Shown: positions 45,326-54,784 of the stretch, in pieces
How the letters are laid out: each line of letters begins with the position of its first letter
Numbering within the stretch: the stretch's first letter is position 1
Source of the DNA: a virus
Length of the DNA: 64,000 nt
UHGV virus genome: UHGV-0018639
Reading direction: 5' to 3' (one strand)
The notes under the pieces: model-generated
The model's database searches: none
Seen by the model: only the letters and a program-made list of their open reading frames with translations
What the model was told of the DNA's origin: nothing
Made by a program: the position numbers and the translations under genes

Positions 45326-45760
45326 ATGAATAAAATGAAGATTTGGAGTGTTAGTGTTCCGAATACGTTCAATGGACTGAGCAATACTTCTTTGTTTATA
45401 AATGAAGAAGATGCTAAGGATAAATTCAATAGGTTCAAAGACCGTGGCGCGACGATGGGGCAGGTTGATGACATTTGGAATTTCTGTGCGCGCAATTTTG
45501 ACGATGTTCTTATTGATGTGATTGAATCGTTCTATGATGAGCGTGGTCGTTTCAATCCAGGGAAAGAAACTGAGGATGGCGAGTCTATTGACATTGACAG
45601 CGCGCTGATGGATGTATGTTATGATGTATTTGGAAATTCGGATTATTTCAATGTTGATACTCATTGGGGTGATGACTATAGTAGCCGCTGCTTTATCGCA
45701 GTAAGCTGGAATTGTGAGGGCGAAAATCGCCTGTTCACCGATGTGGAGTTAATAGACTAA
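45326..45760 (+). CDS. acidic hypothetical protein (about 144 aa)
   Basis: First gene after cassette 2; start at MNKMKIW after GGGAG. Confidence 0.5.
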   Translation: MNKMKIWSVSVPNTFNGLSNTSLFINEEDAKDKFNRFKDRGATMGQVDDIWNFCARNFDDVLIDVIESFYDERGRFNPGKETEDGESIDIDSALMDVCYDVFGNSDYFNVDTHWGDDYSSRCFIAVSWNCEGENRLFTDVELID

Positions 45761-45761
45761 G

Positions 45762-46001
45762 ATGTTAGTTGATGATGTAGTTCAGAATGGATATGAGGTT
45801 TGCGCCTTTACTTTTTTCAATAATTCGTGTGAGGCAATTGGCGAAGAATTTTTGGAATGCTTCGATGCTATGGCGTTCAAAGCTCATTTTGGATTTCAGT
45901 TTCGCGTAGCATTATACAATTGGGATAATGAATACTACATTGTGCTGTTTCGTGATGGGATAGCTGTTGAAGCACATAAGGAGGAAAAGAAAAATGGATA
46001 G
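45762..46001 (+). CDS. hypothetical protein (79 aa)
   Basis: ORF track entry. Confidence 0.45.
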   Translation: MLVDDVVQNGYEVCAFTFFNNSCEAIGEEFLECFDAMAFKAHFGFQFRVALYNWDNEYYIVLFRDGIAVEAHKEEKKNG

Positions 46002-46191
46002 GACAAATGATTGTTCGAGATTTCCCAAACTTCTGATGCGGTATGGCAATAGGATGCATCGTATTGATGTGACTGATAAGGATAATCATTCCATTGAGGT
46101 AAGTGTGTGGGATCTGGATGGAGAGATATTTCTGATGAAGCGCACAGATGGCGGCGTTGATATATGTGAGAAAATTGGGATGAGGATGTGA
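45994..46191 (+). CDS. hypothetical protein (about 65 aa)
   Basis: Start at MDRTNDC. Confidence 0.4.
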   Translation: MDRTNDCSRFPKLLMRYGNRMHRIDVTDKDNHSIEVSVWDLDGEIFLMKRTDGGVDICEKIGMRM

Positions 46192-46195
46192 ATAA

Positions 46196-46678
46196 ATGAG
46201 TAAACTTGGTTGGATTTGTTTGATAAGATTTGATGATAAAGGAGACGCGTCTAAGGATATATTCCCTGTGGTTTATGAAAATAAAACTTATTGGTGGTGT
46301 AAGCGTTATGGGTCTGATATGATTACTTTTTATGTAAAACCTGACATTGCTTATCAAGACCCTTATATCGGTAAAGTGTTAACTTACACTGAATTTTTCA
46401 ATTTTTATAGGACATCACCACATCCTAAGAATAAATCTTATCTTGTATATGTCGCGGGGAATGAACAGAAAAATTTCTCTTGGATAAAGACACGCTTGCC
46501 TGCTGAGAGAAAACTTGAAAAAACTCTTGCTGATATTGAAAGATATAACAGGCAGCTAGGCGCATATGAACGCCAAAGAGATAATACGATAAGAGAGATT
46601 GAAAAGCTTGAGCTTTCTCTTAAACAAGCCAAGGAAGAGTTGGAAGAACTGGAGAAGGAGGTCGCGCAGAATGAGTAG
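46196..46678 (+). CDS. hypothetical protein with C-terminal coiled coil (160 aa)
   Basis: ORF track entry. Confidence 0.5.
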   Translation: MSKLGWICLIRFDDKGDASKDIFPVVYENKTYWWCKRYGSDMITFYVKPDIAYQDPYIGKVLTYTEFFNFYRTSPHPKNKSYLVYVAGNEQKNFSWIKTRLPAERKLEKTLADIERYNRQLGAYERQRDNTIREIEKLELSLKQAKEELEELEKEVAQNE

Positions 46679-47189
46679 ACTTATCATAATGACCGGCCCG
46701 TGTTGTGCGGGTAAAACAACTTTTGTCAACAAGATGAAAGAGGAAGGCAAACTTGATGGCTTTGTCATTATAAGCCCTGAAGATGTTTATGAGGCCATAA
46801 ATGGCAGCGCGGCAGACCGTTCTAATAGAGAATGGGCTTGGCTTTTGATTTGGCATAGAATTCTGGCCAATATGCAGAGCGGCATTGATACGCTTGTTGA
46901 TGCGAACGCACCGACTGAATGCGCGCGAACTCAGTATTTAGAGTGGTTTAGGGGTTTTACATCTCACGAGCTTATTTATATTGACACTAATGTTTCAACT
47001 CTTTGTCAGCATAATGAAAAGCGCGCTGAGCGTAAATTGTGCGGCTGGGACTTGATAACTCAGTGGCGCAACTATGAAAATCCAGCAAATGACTGCCACA
47101 TAGATGAGTGGGATTCTTTTATGTGTTGGACTTCAAATGAAGATGGTAGTTTTACTTTGACTAAGAAGCATAAGAAAGGAGAATTCTAA
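46671..47189 (+). CDS. P-loop kinase / AAA_33-like NTPase
   Basis: Walker A MTGPCCAGKTT at the N-terminus. About 172 aa. Overlaps the next gene with ATGA. Confidence 0.6.
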   Translation: MSRLIIMTGPCCAGKTTFVNKMKEEGKLDGFVIISPEDVYEAINGSAADRSNREWAWLLIWHRILANMQSGIDTLVDANAPTECARTQYLEWFRGFTSHELIYIDTNVSTLCQHNEKRAERKLCGWDLITQWRNYENPANDCHIDEWDSFMCWTSNEDGSFTLTKKHKKGEF

Positions 47190-47917
47190 TGAACATACAG
47201 ATTTCCGCGCCGTATCAGCCTTGTGCATATCATTGCCCGTTTTGCGTGGCGCGTGGGCATAAACACGGTTATAAATTTGATGACCTTTATAGCGCTGATG
47301 AACAGCGTTATTTCAATCGTCTGTCTAATTTTCTCACTAACTATTGTGATAAGACTAACACGTGGCCTACTGTCATAATTACAGGTGAGTGCGACCCTTC
47401 TCAGAATATGAGATGGGCAACTAAAGTGGCAAACCTGTGTAGTGATTTGGGTTGCAAAGTTGAGTTTCAGACGCATAACCTGTCTTTGAAAGAAAGCGAT
47501 ATACCGCACGCAATTGACGTTTTGTCTTATTCAATAACGAATGTTCGCGAATATCTGTCGGCTTGGCGCTATGTAAAGCCAAAATGGTGCGTCAATCGTA
47601 TGGTGATGATATTACGCGATGGTTTTGAGTTCTTGGACAAGGACAACTTCTCTCCGATGGGCTTTGACCAGATTACATTCAAGGCGCTAAATTATGGTGA
47701 GAGTGATGTAATCAACAAGTGGATTGATGAACACACTCCTGCATCTATCGACAATTTCTACGACATAATGGAAAGTCGCAATGGTTCGACCCTTTCTGTC
47801 CGTGTTGATACCACGTGCCAGCAGGCCGAGGGACGCTATTATGTGTTCAGAACTGACGGTTATGTCTACGACAGTTGGGAAGCATCAATTCCTCTCGCTG
47901 AGTGCCATATTCATTAA
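47189..47917 (+). CDS. radical SAM domain protein
   Basis: CAYHCPFC (CxxxCxxC) near the N-terminus, then IITGE. 242 aa. Translationally coupled to the kinase. Confidence 0.6.
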   Translation: MNIQISAPYQPCAYHCPFCVARGHKHGYKFDDLYSADEQRYFNRLSNFLTNYCDKTNTWPTVIITGECDPSQNMRWATKVANLCSDLGCKVEFQTHNLSLKESDIPHAIDVLSYSITNVREYLSAWRYVKPKWCVNRMVMILRDGFEFLDKDNFSPMGFDQITFKALNYGESDVINKWIDEHTPASIDNFYDIMESRNGSTLSVRVDTTCQQAEGRYYVFRTDGYVYDSWEASIPLAECHIH

Positions 47918-47938
47918 AAATAATAAGAATATTTAAAT

Positions 47939-47978
47939 TTGAAATTCCTCAAAATTTTTGCTATAATTATTATAGAAA
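47939..47978 (+). promoter_or_regulatory. class-II promoter variant (TTGAAA-N17-TATAAT)
   Basis: TATAATTATTATAGAAAATAAGG. Confidence 0.5.
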
Positions 47979-47998
47979 ATAAGGAAAGGAAATATAAA

Positions 47999-48238
47999 AT
48001 GAACAAGAATGATTGGATTCGATATCAAAAGGCGCAGCCGCTCAATGGAGAAAGAGTTTGGGTTTTGCCTTATAGCCCCTATGTGCCGTGGCCTTATCTT
48101 GATTTGGTAGAGCTGTGTGAGTATCAGTGGAATCAGTTGGTATGTGATTTTGAGTGGGTAGTTCTCCGCACTGGAGAGAGGCTGAAAACAAGTGAAATGG
48201 ATTATTGGTGCACAGTTAGTGTGCCAGAAAGGTGGTAA
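47999..48238 (+). CDS. hypothetical protein (about 79 aa)
   Basis: Start at MNKNDWIRYQ after AAGGAAAGGA. Confidence 0.45.
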   Translation: MNKNDWIRYQKAQPLNGERVWVLPYSPYVPWPYLDLVELCEYQWNQLVCDFEWVVLRTGERLKTSEMDYWCTVSVPERW

Positions 48239-48242
48239 AATA

Positions 48243-48503
48243 ATGCTGAGATTCAAGGCAACTTATTGGGACGAATTTATAGACGGAAATGGCGGAAATG
48301 GCGATGAGCATACCGTTTGGGGTGTTTGCGAAGGGCCATCTTTCGTTGAAGCAACAAGGCGCATTGAGGATGCGTTTGGTAAGGACCTTCTGAGTGTTGA
48401 AGTTATGGCTGGGGACGATTATGATGACGAGATTTTTCTGATTGACCCCGATAGTGAAGGCTGGCTCCGCACGGCGCTTTCAAATATTCAGAGAAATAAG
48501 TAA
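48243..48503 (+). CDS. hypothetical protein (about 86 aa)
   Basis: ORF track frame; start at MLRFKAT. Confidence 0.45.
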   Translation: MLRFKATYWDEFIDGNGGNGDEHTVWGVCEGPSFVEATRRIEDAFGKDLLSVEVMAGDDYDDEIFLIDPDSEGWLRTALSNIQRNK

Positions 48504-48539
48504 AACGAATACAAAACAAAATTGAAAGGAATTTGTAAA

Positions 48540-49007
48540 ATGAAGAAGATTATATCTACGATTTGTCTAATTCTTTTGTGCGGAGTTATGCTTGCACTGA
48601 TGACTGGTTGTGGTGCGACCGCCGCACAGACTGTTGAAACAAAAAGTACGGCAACGTCTGCCCCTATTACACCTGTCCCCATAACGCCAGAACCGACACC
48701 TTCTACTACGCTTAAATCTCTCAATGACCCTATTGCTGGTAATTGGATTATGTATCAGGCTGAGGTAAATGGCGTCGCTGTTGGCCCTGAAATAATTGTT
48801 GATTGGGGCTATACTCTGACAATTGATTCTGACGGTTATGCAGTTCTTATAACAAGTGATGATACCATTTATAGTGTTGCTGAATATACAAAGAGTGATG
48901 GCCAGTTTGATTGGTATGATATTGGTGCGATGGCTATTATTTATGATACTAAGAATGATGTACTTGCACTAACTAACTACTCTGATGTATTTTACTACGC
49001 TAGATAA
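48540..49007 (+). CDS. lipoprotein (signal peptide and lipobox LMTGC)
   Basis: MKKIISTICLILLCGVMLALMTGCGAT. Confidence 0.6.
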   Translation: MKKIISTICLILLCGVMLALMTGCGATAAQTVETKSTATSAPITPVPITPEPTPSTTLKSLNDPIAGNWIMYQAEVNGVAVGPEIIVDWGYTLTIDSDGYAVLITSDDTIYSVAEYTKSDGQFDWYDIGAMAIIYDTKNDVLALTNYSDVFYYAR

Positions 49008-49016
49008 TCTCTTTTA

Positions 49017-49106
49017 TACGGTTCCCGCACAAGTAAGTCTTTTTGTAGGACAGAAAGTGCGGGAACTTGTTTTTTTATAAAAATTGAGTTATAATATATA
49101 TAGAAA
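49017..49106 (+). repeat. terminator-promoter cassette copy 3
   Basis: GTTCCCGCAC...GTGCGGGAAC, then CTTGTTTTTTTATAAAAATTGAGTTATAATATATATAGAAAATGAGGAG. Confidence 0.65.
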
Positions 49107-49123
49107 ATGAGGAGGGAAGTAAA

Positions 49124-49348
49124 ATGAAGTATAGAATGACAGTGTATGATAGAGAAGGTAAGTTTTATACATCTACTATCTTGCGCCCCAATATTGGGAC
49201 ACTTGGTCAGTATTATACATTTAGAGAATTGGTTGAGAATGAAACGATACGCACTATTTGCCCTAAGATGATGCGTGCTTTCACACCGATAAATGATGAT
49301 GGATATGATGAAGTTGAAGAATCTTTTGTGCTAATGGCGGAGGGTTGA
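49124..49348 (+). CDS. hypothetical protein (74 aa)
   Basis: First gene after cassette 3. Confidence 0.5.
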   Translation: MKYRMTVYDREGKFYTSTILRPNIGTLGQYYTFRELVENETIRTICPKMMRAFTPINDDGYDEVEESFVLMAEG

Positions 49349-49350
49349 GT

Positions 49351-49506
49351 AATGAAAGAGAATTTATCCAAGTCTGAAACAGCAATGCCGCACGATCAGT
49401 TAGCTCAGTGGTGCGCGCTCCGTAAGAAATGCCAGAAATTCACAAACAAGAAAACTTACACGCGGAAAGAGAAACATCGTAAGCGAATTGAAGATAGCGA
49501 AGCTTG
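49351..49506 (+). CDS. small basic protein (51 aa)
   Basis: ORF I found by eye, MKENLSKSETAMPHDQLAQWCALRKKCQK... Confidence 0.3.
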
Positions 49507-49543
49507 AAAAAATAAAAAATTTTTGATATAATATATATAGAAA
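49504..49543 (+). promoter_or_regulatory. class-II promoter (TTGAAA-N17-TATAAT)
   Basis: -10 at 49527-32, ATATATAGAAAGTGAGG. Confidence 0.6.
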
Positions 49544-49556
49544 GTGAGGGAAGAGA

Positions 49557-50114
49557 ATGAAACATTACAAGATTTACGGCGCGACTTGCTACAGTTTTGA
49601 AGCTCCAGTAGGCAAAGACCAGATTGTCAGAGTTGAATTTATGCCGGAGGAGGACGATACGGAGGACGTTTCGACTTTCTATATTGGGCTGCTCGTTTAT
49701 GATAAGCGCAAACGCAATCATGCCCTTAATCGCTGGATTGGCCTTGTCAATTTGGATGAAGATGGGTATGTGCGTGGCGATGAATATCCGATAACTGGAA
49801 AACATCAGTTTGAAACCTTTGCTGTCGCACGCAAGCTATTTCTTGAAGGAATTGAAAATGTGCGGCATATGTATTGTTCTTCTTCTCTTACCTTTATTGT
49901 TGGAACGAGCGAGGAAAAACGCGCGCGAGTGTATGATAGATTTTTGAGTCGTTATGGATGGCGGGCGCATGGTGCCAATGATTACGCCGCTCAGTTTGGA
50001 TATAGTTGGAAATGGAGTAAGTATTACCTTCCCAAAGGCTGGGATGAGTTTTTGGAATGTGAAAACAGTTTGGCTAAAAAGGAGAATGAGTATGTTGAAC
50101 TCGCATTTGATTGA
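49557..50114 (+). CDS. hypothetical protein (185 aa)
   Basis: Class-II promoter upstream. Confidence 0.5.
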   Translation: MKHYKIYGATCYSFEAPVGKDQIVRVEFMPEEDDTEDVSTFYIGLLVYDKRKRNHALNRWIGLVNLDEDGYVRGDEYPITGKHQFETFAVARKLFLEGIENVRHMYCSSSLTFIVGTSEEKRARVYDRFLSRYGWRAHGANDYAAQFGYSWKWSKYYLPKGWDEFLECENSLAKKENEYVELAFD

Positions 50115-50150
50115 AACCGCATCTGAACGAAATAAGATTGGAGTAGCAAG

Positions 50151-50471
50151 ATGATAAATGAGTCTGAAAGATGTTATACGGCAGCTGAAGTTGGTAATAT
50201 GATTTCTACCGTTGAATGGCATTATGGTGATGAATGGGGACCGAATGGAATTACGGCACTAGAGGATATGCTAGGTATTGATCATTTTGGTGATGAAGTA
50301 GCTGAATGGGCGCGCACTGACCATTCGCCGCAAGGTTATATTAGTATCAGTGAATTGCTCAAAAAGATGATAGAAATTAAACAGCAAGATTTGGATGTAA
50401 AAAACTTTGTAAAAATATTGACGACTTGGGTTCTAACAAACCAAGATAACACGGTGGTGATAATGAAATGA
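50151..50471 (+). CDS. hypothetical protein (106 aa)
   Basis: ORF track entry. Confidence 0.5.
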   Translation: MINESERCYTAAEVGNMISTVEWHYGDEWGPNGITALEDMLGIDHFGDEVAEWARTDHSPQGYISISELLKKMIEIKQQDLDVKNFVKILTTWVLTNQDNTVVIMK

Positions 50472-50926
50472 CAAGGGAAGTCCGAGAAGTCCTCGCGGAG
50501 GCCCTCGCAATCGCATCTGCATTATTGCTATTTTCTACCCTTGCAGTTTGTCTAATAATGGCAAGTCGCGGCGGGCAGCCTGAAGAAAAGAATTGGCTTG
50601 TTCAGTCATGGGCACAGGTTCAAGGCGTTTGGGAAAGTGAGTCTTATACCGATCAGAATGGTGAGATACATTCATTAGCTTATAGTGAAATGCACGAACT
50701 AATAATAAGTGGAGATTCAATTGTTTCAACTTATTGTGGTAGTTCAAACACTGGCCGCATTTGGCTGTGGGCGATTGACGATGAAACATATATTTATCAT
50801 ACGACTATTGGCTTGACAATTGGATTTACAAAAGATACCTTTGGTGCGACGCCTGATGGTGGAAATGTTGTATGGTATTGCCGCGCGAGTGAGTCAGAAA
50901 TTGGATTTGAGATGTCTAATAAGTAG
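50468..50926 (+). CDS. membrane-anchored hypothetical protein (152 aa)
   Basis: N-terminal TM ALAIASALLLFSTLAVCLIMA. Confidence 0.5.
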   Translation: MTREVREVLAEALAIASALLLFSTLAVCLIMASRGGQPEEKNWLVQSWAQVQGVWESESYTDQNGEIHSLAYSEMHELIISGDSIVSTYCGSSNTGRIWLWAIDDETYIYHTTIGLTIGFTKDTFGATPDGGNVVWYCRASESEIGFEMSNK

Positions 50927-50961
50927 GGCGAGCGTCCAAATGAAAATTATAAGTTGAAAAT

Positions 50962-51001
50962 TTGATTTTCTCTCAAATTTTCGATATAATATATATGTAA
51001 G
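50962..51001 (+). promoter_or_regulatory. class-II promoter
   Basis: TTGATT 50962-67, N17, TATAAT 50985-90, ATATATGTAAGATAAAG. Confidence 0.65.
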
Positions 51002-51068
51002 ATAAAGAAAGAAACAAAACAAAAACAAATGGCGCGTGCGGCCCTACCGACGAGAAGGAGAAAATAGA

Positions 51069-51443
51069 ATGACTATTAGAGAGCTTTATGTTGCAGTTAT
51101 CAATGGCGAGATGAATGATGAGATGGTTGAGAAGGCTACTGCGCTTCTGGCCACGATGGACAAGGCGAAGGAAACCGCGAAGAACAAGCCCAGTAAGGCC
51201 GCTCTGACCAATGAGAAGTATCTGGCTTACCTCAAGGCCAATGTGCTTACCAGTGAGGGTAAGATTGGTTCTGAGCTGGCTGATGCGCTGACCAATGCGT
51301 TTGCTGAGGACTTCAGCGAGAAGTCCTGCTCTGCTACCAAGGTTGCAAGTATTCTGAAGGCTAGCATCGCTGATGGTTCTGTTGTCAAGGGCAAGACCAA
51401 GATTGACAAGAGCGAGCGCACTACCTATGCGCTTGCTGAGTAA
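51069..51443 (+). CDS. hypothetical Lys/Ala-rich protein (about 124 aa)
   Basis: Start at MTIRELYV; GC-richer than its neighbours; followed by hairpins. Confidence 0.5.
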   Translation: MTIRELYVAVINGEMNDEMVEKATALLATMDKAKETAKNKPSKAALTNEKYLAYLKANVLTSEGKIGSELADALTNAFAEDFSEKSCSATKVASILKASIADGSVVKGKTKIDKSERTTYALAE

Positions 51444-51668
51444 GGCAGGCAAGCAAGTCAGTTGAACTGACAGGACGCGTCGTCCTGAAAAACCAATAAG
51501 ACTTACGCCCCGTTGGACATACCGACGGGGCGCTTTCACTATAAAGGAAGGCAAGGCCGCACAAATTTGCGGACGCACGTGTGAGTTTGAAAAAATCGTC
51601 GCTAGGAGCCACGAAAAATTTGAGAAAAACGTATATGTGAAGAACTACATTCTGGGAGGTATTTTGGA

Positions 51669-52064
51669 ATGAATTTGACTGATAAAACTGATGCTGGAGT
51701 GAATGGAATAATAGAAAAAGAAAGTGATGAAATAGAAATATCTACATATAAAAGTCGCCGCGTAGACCGATTACCAGAAATAAATATGAAGAGATTTTTA
51801 CTAGACAAAGGGCCATCTTTTGAAACAAATAATGATTGGTATTATGCGATGCGAGAATTGAGCTATAATGCTTTCAAGCTTTGGATGTGGATGGCTAGCG
51901 GAGATTCTCAAAAATATATCACTGTGAGATATTTAAAACGACTTTTTAGTTTATCTGATAGTGGCTATAATATAGCTATCACAGAATTGAAAGAAAAAAA
52001 TTATTTACAAGAAGTTGGAGATGGGAAATTTTTCTTTGCGCGGGCAAAAGATTGGAGGACGTAA
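51669..52064 (+). CDS. Rep-like winged-helix protein (N-terminal domain paralog of the downstream initiator)
   Basis: ...AFKLWMWMASGDSQKYITVRYLKRLFSLSDSGYNIAITELKEKNYL is colinear with LYLYLASNADGFNLELSPAAILEKLDIKKSTYYNAINTLEELGYI in the next Rep-like gene. Confidence 0.55.
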   Translation: MNLTDKTDAGVNGIIEKESDEIEISTYKSRRVDRLPEINMKRFLLDKGPSFETNNDWYYAMRELSYNAFKLWMWMASGDSQKYITVRYLKRLFSLSDSGYNIAITELKEKNYLQEVGDGKFFFARAKDWRT

Positions 52065-52125
52065 AGGAGGCGATGTTTAACTAATATAGTTGTATTAAGC
52101 GCCAATTTGAAAGGAGAAATACGGA

Positions 52126-52404
52126 ATGAGCCAAAAAATATTCGAGTGCTACAGTTTACGATTGGCTATGTATCTTATTGATCAAGGGTTTATAGTAATA
52201 AGACTGCGCCCTGACATTAAGAAAAGTGGCAATATGGTTTACTTTTTCAATGAAACTTCTGCTCTTAGAAAAGCGGTAGGGGATTTTAAGAGCACTCATT
52301 CAAAATTGTCTACAAAGGAGTCTACATATGAGTGTGCCAAATCAGAAAATAATACGTATATCAAAGAAGAAATACAAGGAGAACTTTCTCCAAATAGGGA
52401 TTGA
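52126..52404 (+). CDS. small hypothetical protein (92 aa)
   Basis: Strong RBS GAAAGGAGAAA; 77-nt overlap with the next gene in the +1 frame. Confidence 0.45.
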   Translation: MSQKIFECYSLRLAMYLIDQGFIVIRLRPDIKKSGNMVYFFNETSALRKAVGDFKSTHSKLSTKESTYECAKSENNTYIKEEIQGELSPNRD

Positions 52405-53179
52405 TGAATGGATGGAAGCCGCGCGAGTATTGAATCCGGGCGGTTTGAAATTATATCTCTATTTAGCGTCTAATGCTGACGGGTTTAATTTGGAATTGAG
52501 TCCTGCGGCAATTCTTGAAAAGTTAGATATAAAGAAATCAACATATTATAATGCGATAAATACCCTTGAGGAGTTAGGGTATATCAACTTAGTTCAAGGG
52601 AATATTTATCAGTTTACTACAACCCCTGTTTCCAAAAATTTGGAAAAAGAGGTTGATTCCAAGAATTTGGAAAAGACAGCCAATTCCAAAAAATTGGAAA
52701 ATGGAGATAAGAAGCCACCAATTTTTTCCAAAAATTTGGAAGCTGCGGAGGTAAGTAAGCCAAAAATTGATAAAAAGAATGAAAATACTAATTTTGACAT
52801 TTCCAAAAACTTGGAAAGTGATTCCAATTCTTTGGAAAGTGATTCCAAAAAATTAGACCAAACTTTCCAAAAAATTACTATAGAAATAGATAAAATAGAT
52901 AATATAGATAAAATAAATAATGTTCGGCCTTTTGATGAAAAAAGAAAAGAAGAGTTGAGAGAAGATATTTCAGATGGTGGCTATATAAAGTCAAAGAAGG
53001 AATGGGTTATAGACAGGTTTCATCATTTTAGGCAGGAGCCACATGATATGCAAATTCATCGGTTATCTTTTTATGGCTATTCCATAGAAGAGGCTGAGTT
53101 TATTGTTAAAGAAATTTTGAGCGAAGAAAAGATGAAAAGAGTAGAAAGAAGTTTAGGGATAATGCCGCTTGAACCCTAA
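52328..53179 (+). CDS. putative replication initiator (wHTH N-terminal domain, SKNLE repeats)
   Basis: The N-terminal winged-helix block is typical of plasmid/phage Rep proteins. Its central region has 5 or more copies of the peptide (S)KNLE(K/S), encoded by the same TTCCAAAAATTTGGAA palindromes that recur in the downstream iteron field. Confidence 0.55.
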   Translation: MSVPNQKIIRISKKKYKENFLQIGIDEWMEAARVLNPGGLKLYLYLASNADGFNLELSPAAILEKLDIKKSTYYNAINTLEELGYINLVQGNIYQFTTTPVSKNLEKEVDSKNLEKTANSKKLENGDKKPPIFSKNLEAAEVSKPKIDKKNENTNFDISKNLESDSNSLESDSKKLDQTFQKITIEIDKIDNIDKINNVRPFDEKRKEELREDISDGGYIKSKKEWVIDRFHHFRQEPHDMQIHRLSFYGYSIEEAEFIVKEILSEEKMKRVERSLGIMPLEP

Positions 53180-53254
53180 AAACCAGAAAATCTCCTAAGA
53201 ACCAACCCTTTTCGGTTTTTCGGTTCGCGCGTCTTTAGGTAGGGTAAGTAAGTT

Positions 53255-53625
53255 AGTTGAATTTTCCAAAAATTTGGAAAGACTATAAGTCTAGCTTGCT
53301 CTATGACCTCGCGCGAAGGCAACGCCGCATCCGTAAGTAGGACAGTTGTGTAAGTCAAGTCAAATGTCAAGAAAGTAAAACAAAATGTCAAGCCTTTCAA
53401 CAGACTTGACATTTGACTTGACACATTTGACATTTGACTTGACATTTATCTTACTTACAATCTTACCTACACGTGCGCCTTCACCAATTTTGGTAGGAAC
53501 GCCGCCCTGTAAGTAAGACAGGAATTTTGGGACGTTAGAATTTTCCAAAAATTTGGTAAGTGCGGCGTGCTAGAAAAATTCTAGAAATTTTGGGGCGAGA
53601 GAATTTTCCAAAAATTCCACCGTTG
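53255..53625. repeat. TTTTCCAAAAATTTGGAAAG palindromes (3 or more copies), also embedded within the rep-like gene 52328-53179
   Basis: Copies at about 53263, 53533 and 53603; related TTCCAAAATTTGGAAG copies at about 54625, 54768 and 54990; at least 5 copies inside the Rep ORF, where they encode the SKNLE repeats. Confidence 0.55.
53368..53452. repeat. TTGACATTTGAC direct-repeat cluster (5 or more copies)
   Basis: CAAATGTCAAG...AAATGTCAAG...GACTTGACATTTGACTTGACACATTTGACATTTGACTTGACATTT. Confidence 0.6.
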
Positions 53626-53754
53626 ATGGAGTAAGAAAAATTGTGAAAAATTTGTGAATTTTTCAGTTGGACAGAAAATTTTAGGACTGTGAATTTTAGG
53701 AGAGTAAGTAAATCTCCTACACTTTATATTGTAAGTAAGGCATATAAGTAAGGT

Positions 53755-54075
53755 AGATAAGTTAACTTATAAGTAGGACTTATAAGTAAGACTTATAAGT
53801 TAACTGTGTGTTTTACTTATAAGTTAACTGATAATTCAATCTATAAGTTAACTGACAGTCCAACCTATAAGTTAACTGATAACTCAACCGACTCCAAACC
53901 GCCTCGCGGGAGAGAGCACAAGTTCCACCTATAAGTCAACTGAACCCCAAACTATGCGTCCTACCTATAAGTTAACGGGAGGTTTGCGTGTGGGGGAAAG
54001 CGACCGACTCAGCGGGCGTATGCTGTTGTACCGTAGCTCTCAACTGCGTAGCCAACCTATAAGTCAACGAACACA
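53755..54075. repeat. iteron array: 11 or more copies of (A/C)CTATAAGT(T/C)AAC(T/G) at about 24-bp spacing
   Basis: ACTTATAAGTAGGACTTATAAGTAAGACTTATAAGTTAACTG...CTTATAAGTTAACTGA x4...CCTATAAGTCAACTG...CCTATAAGTTAACGG...CCTATAAGTCAACGA, with further copies at 54255-54285. Confidence 0.7.
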
Positions 54076-54784
54076 CAAGCGAACGCCCACTCCACATCGC
54101 TCGGTCATGTAATGGTCGAGGCCTTGTGCGGGGTATGGGGGGAGGCGTTTTTATGTAATTTTTTGGATATAATGTCAAATTTTATGCAAAATCAAGTTTC
54201 TTTTTTATAGAAAATATACAAAAAAATGAATAAATATGCATTTTCTCATGAGGCCGCGACTATACGTTTAACCTATAAGTAATACTTATAAGTAGGGCCT
54301 ACCTAACCTCTCCTCCAATTTTGGGGGGGAATTTTTTATGCCAAATGTGACAATGTCAAGTTTTACTTACACAACCAGCGCGGCCGTCGTTTTAACTAAC
54401 TTATTTTCTAACTTACTGGTAATCCCACAATTATAAACACCACTGGTTTTATTCTCCCAAACATTTGTAAGTTCTTTCTTGAAAAGACTTGCGCGCACAC
54501 AATTTTTTCGTGGCTCAGAATGAATAAATTACGGTTGGATGGTGCGACTTGCCCTACTTACAGGTGCGCCCGCCCAGAATTTCCCAGTTTTTCCAAAATT
54601 TTCCAACTTTTTTAGATTTTGTCAATTTTCCAAAATTTGGAAGTCGCGCACGGTTGAACGGCATACCTGACGGTCAGAAAAGTTGTTTTTTTTTACAATG
54701 TAGAGTTTTGTGACTTACTATACAATAAAAACAGAAATCGCGCTGGAAGAAATTTCCAGCTTATGTAAAAATTTGGAAGCGCCG

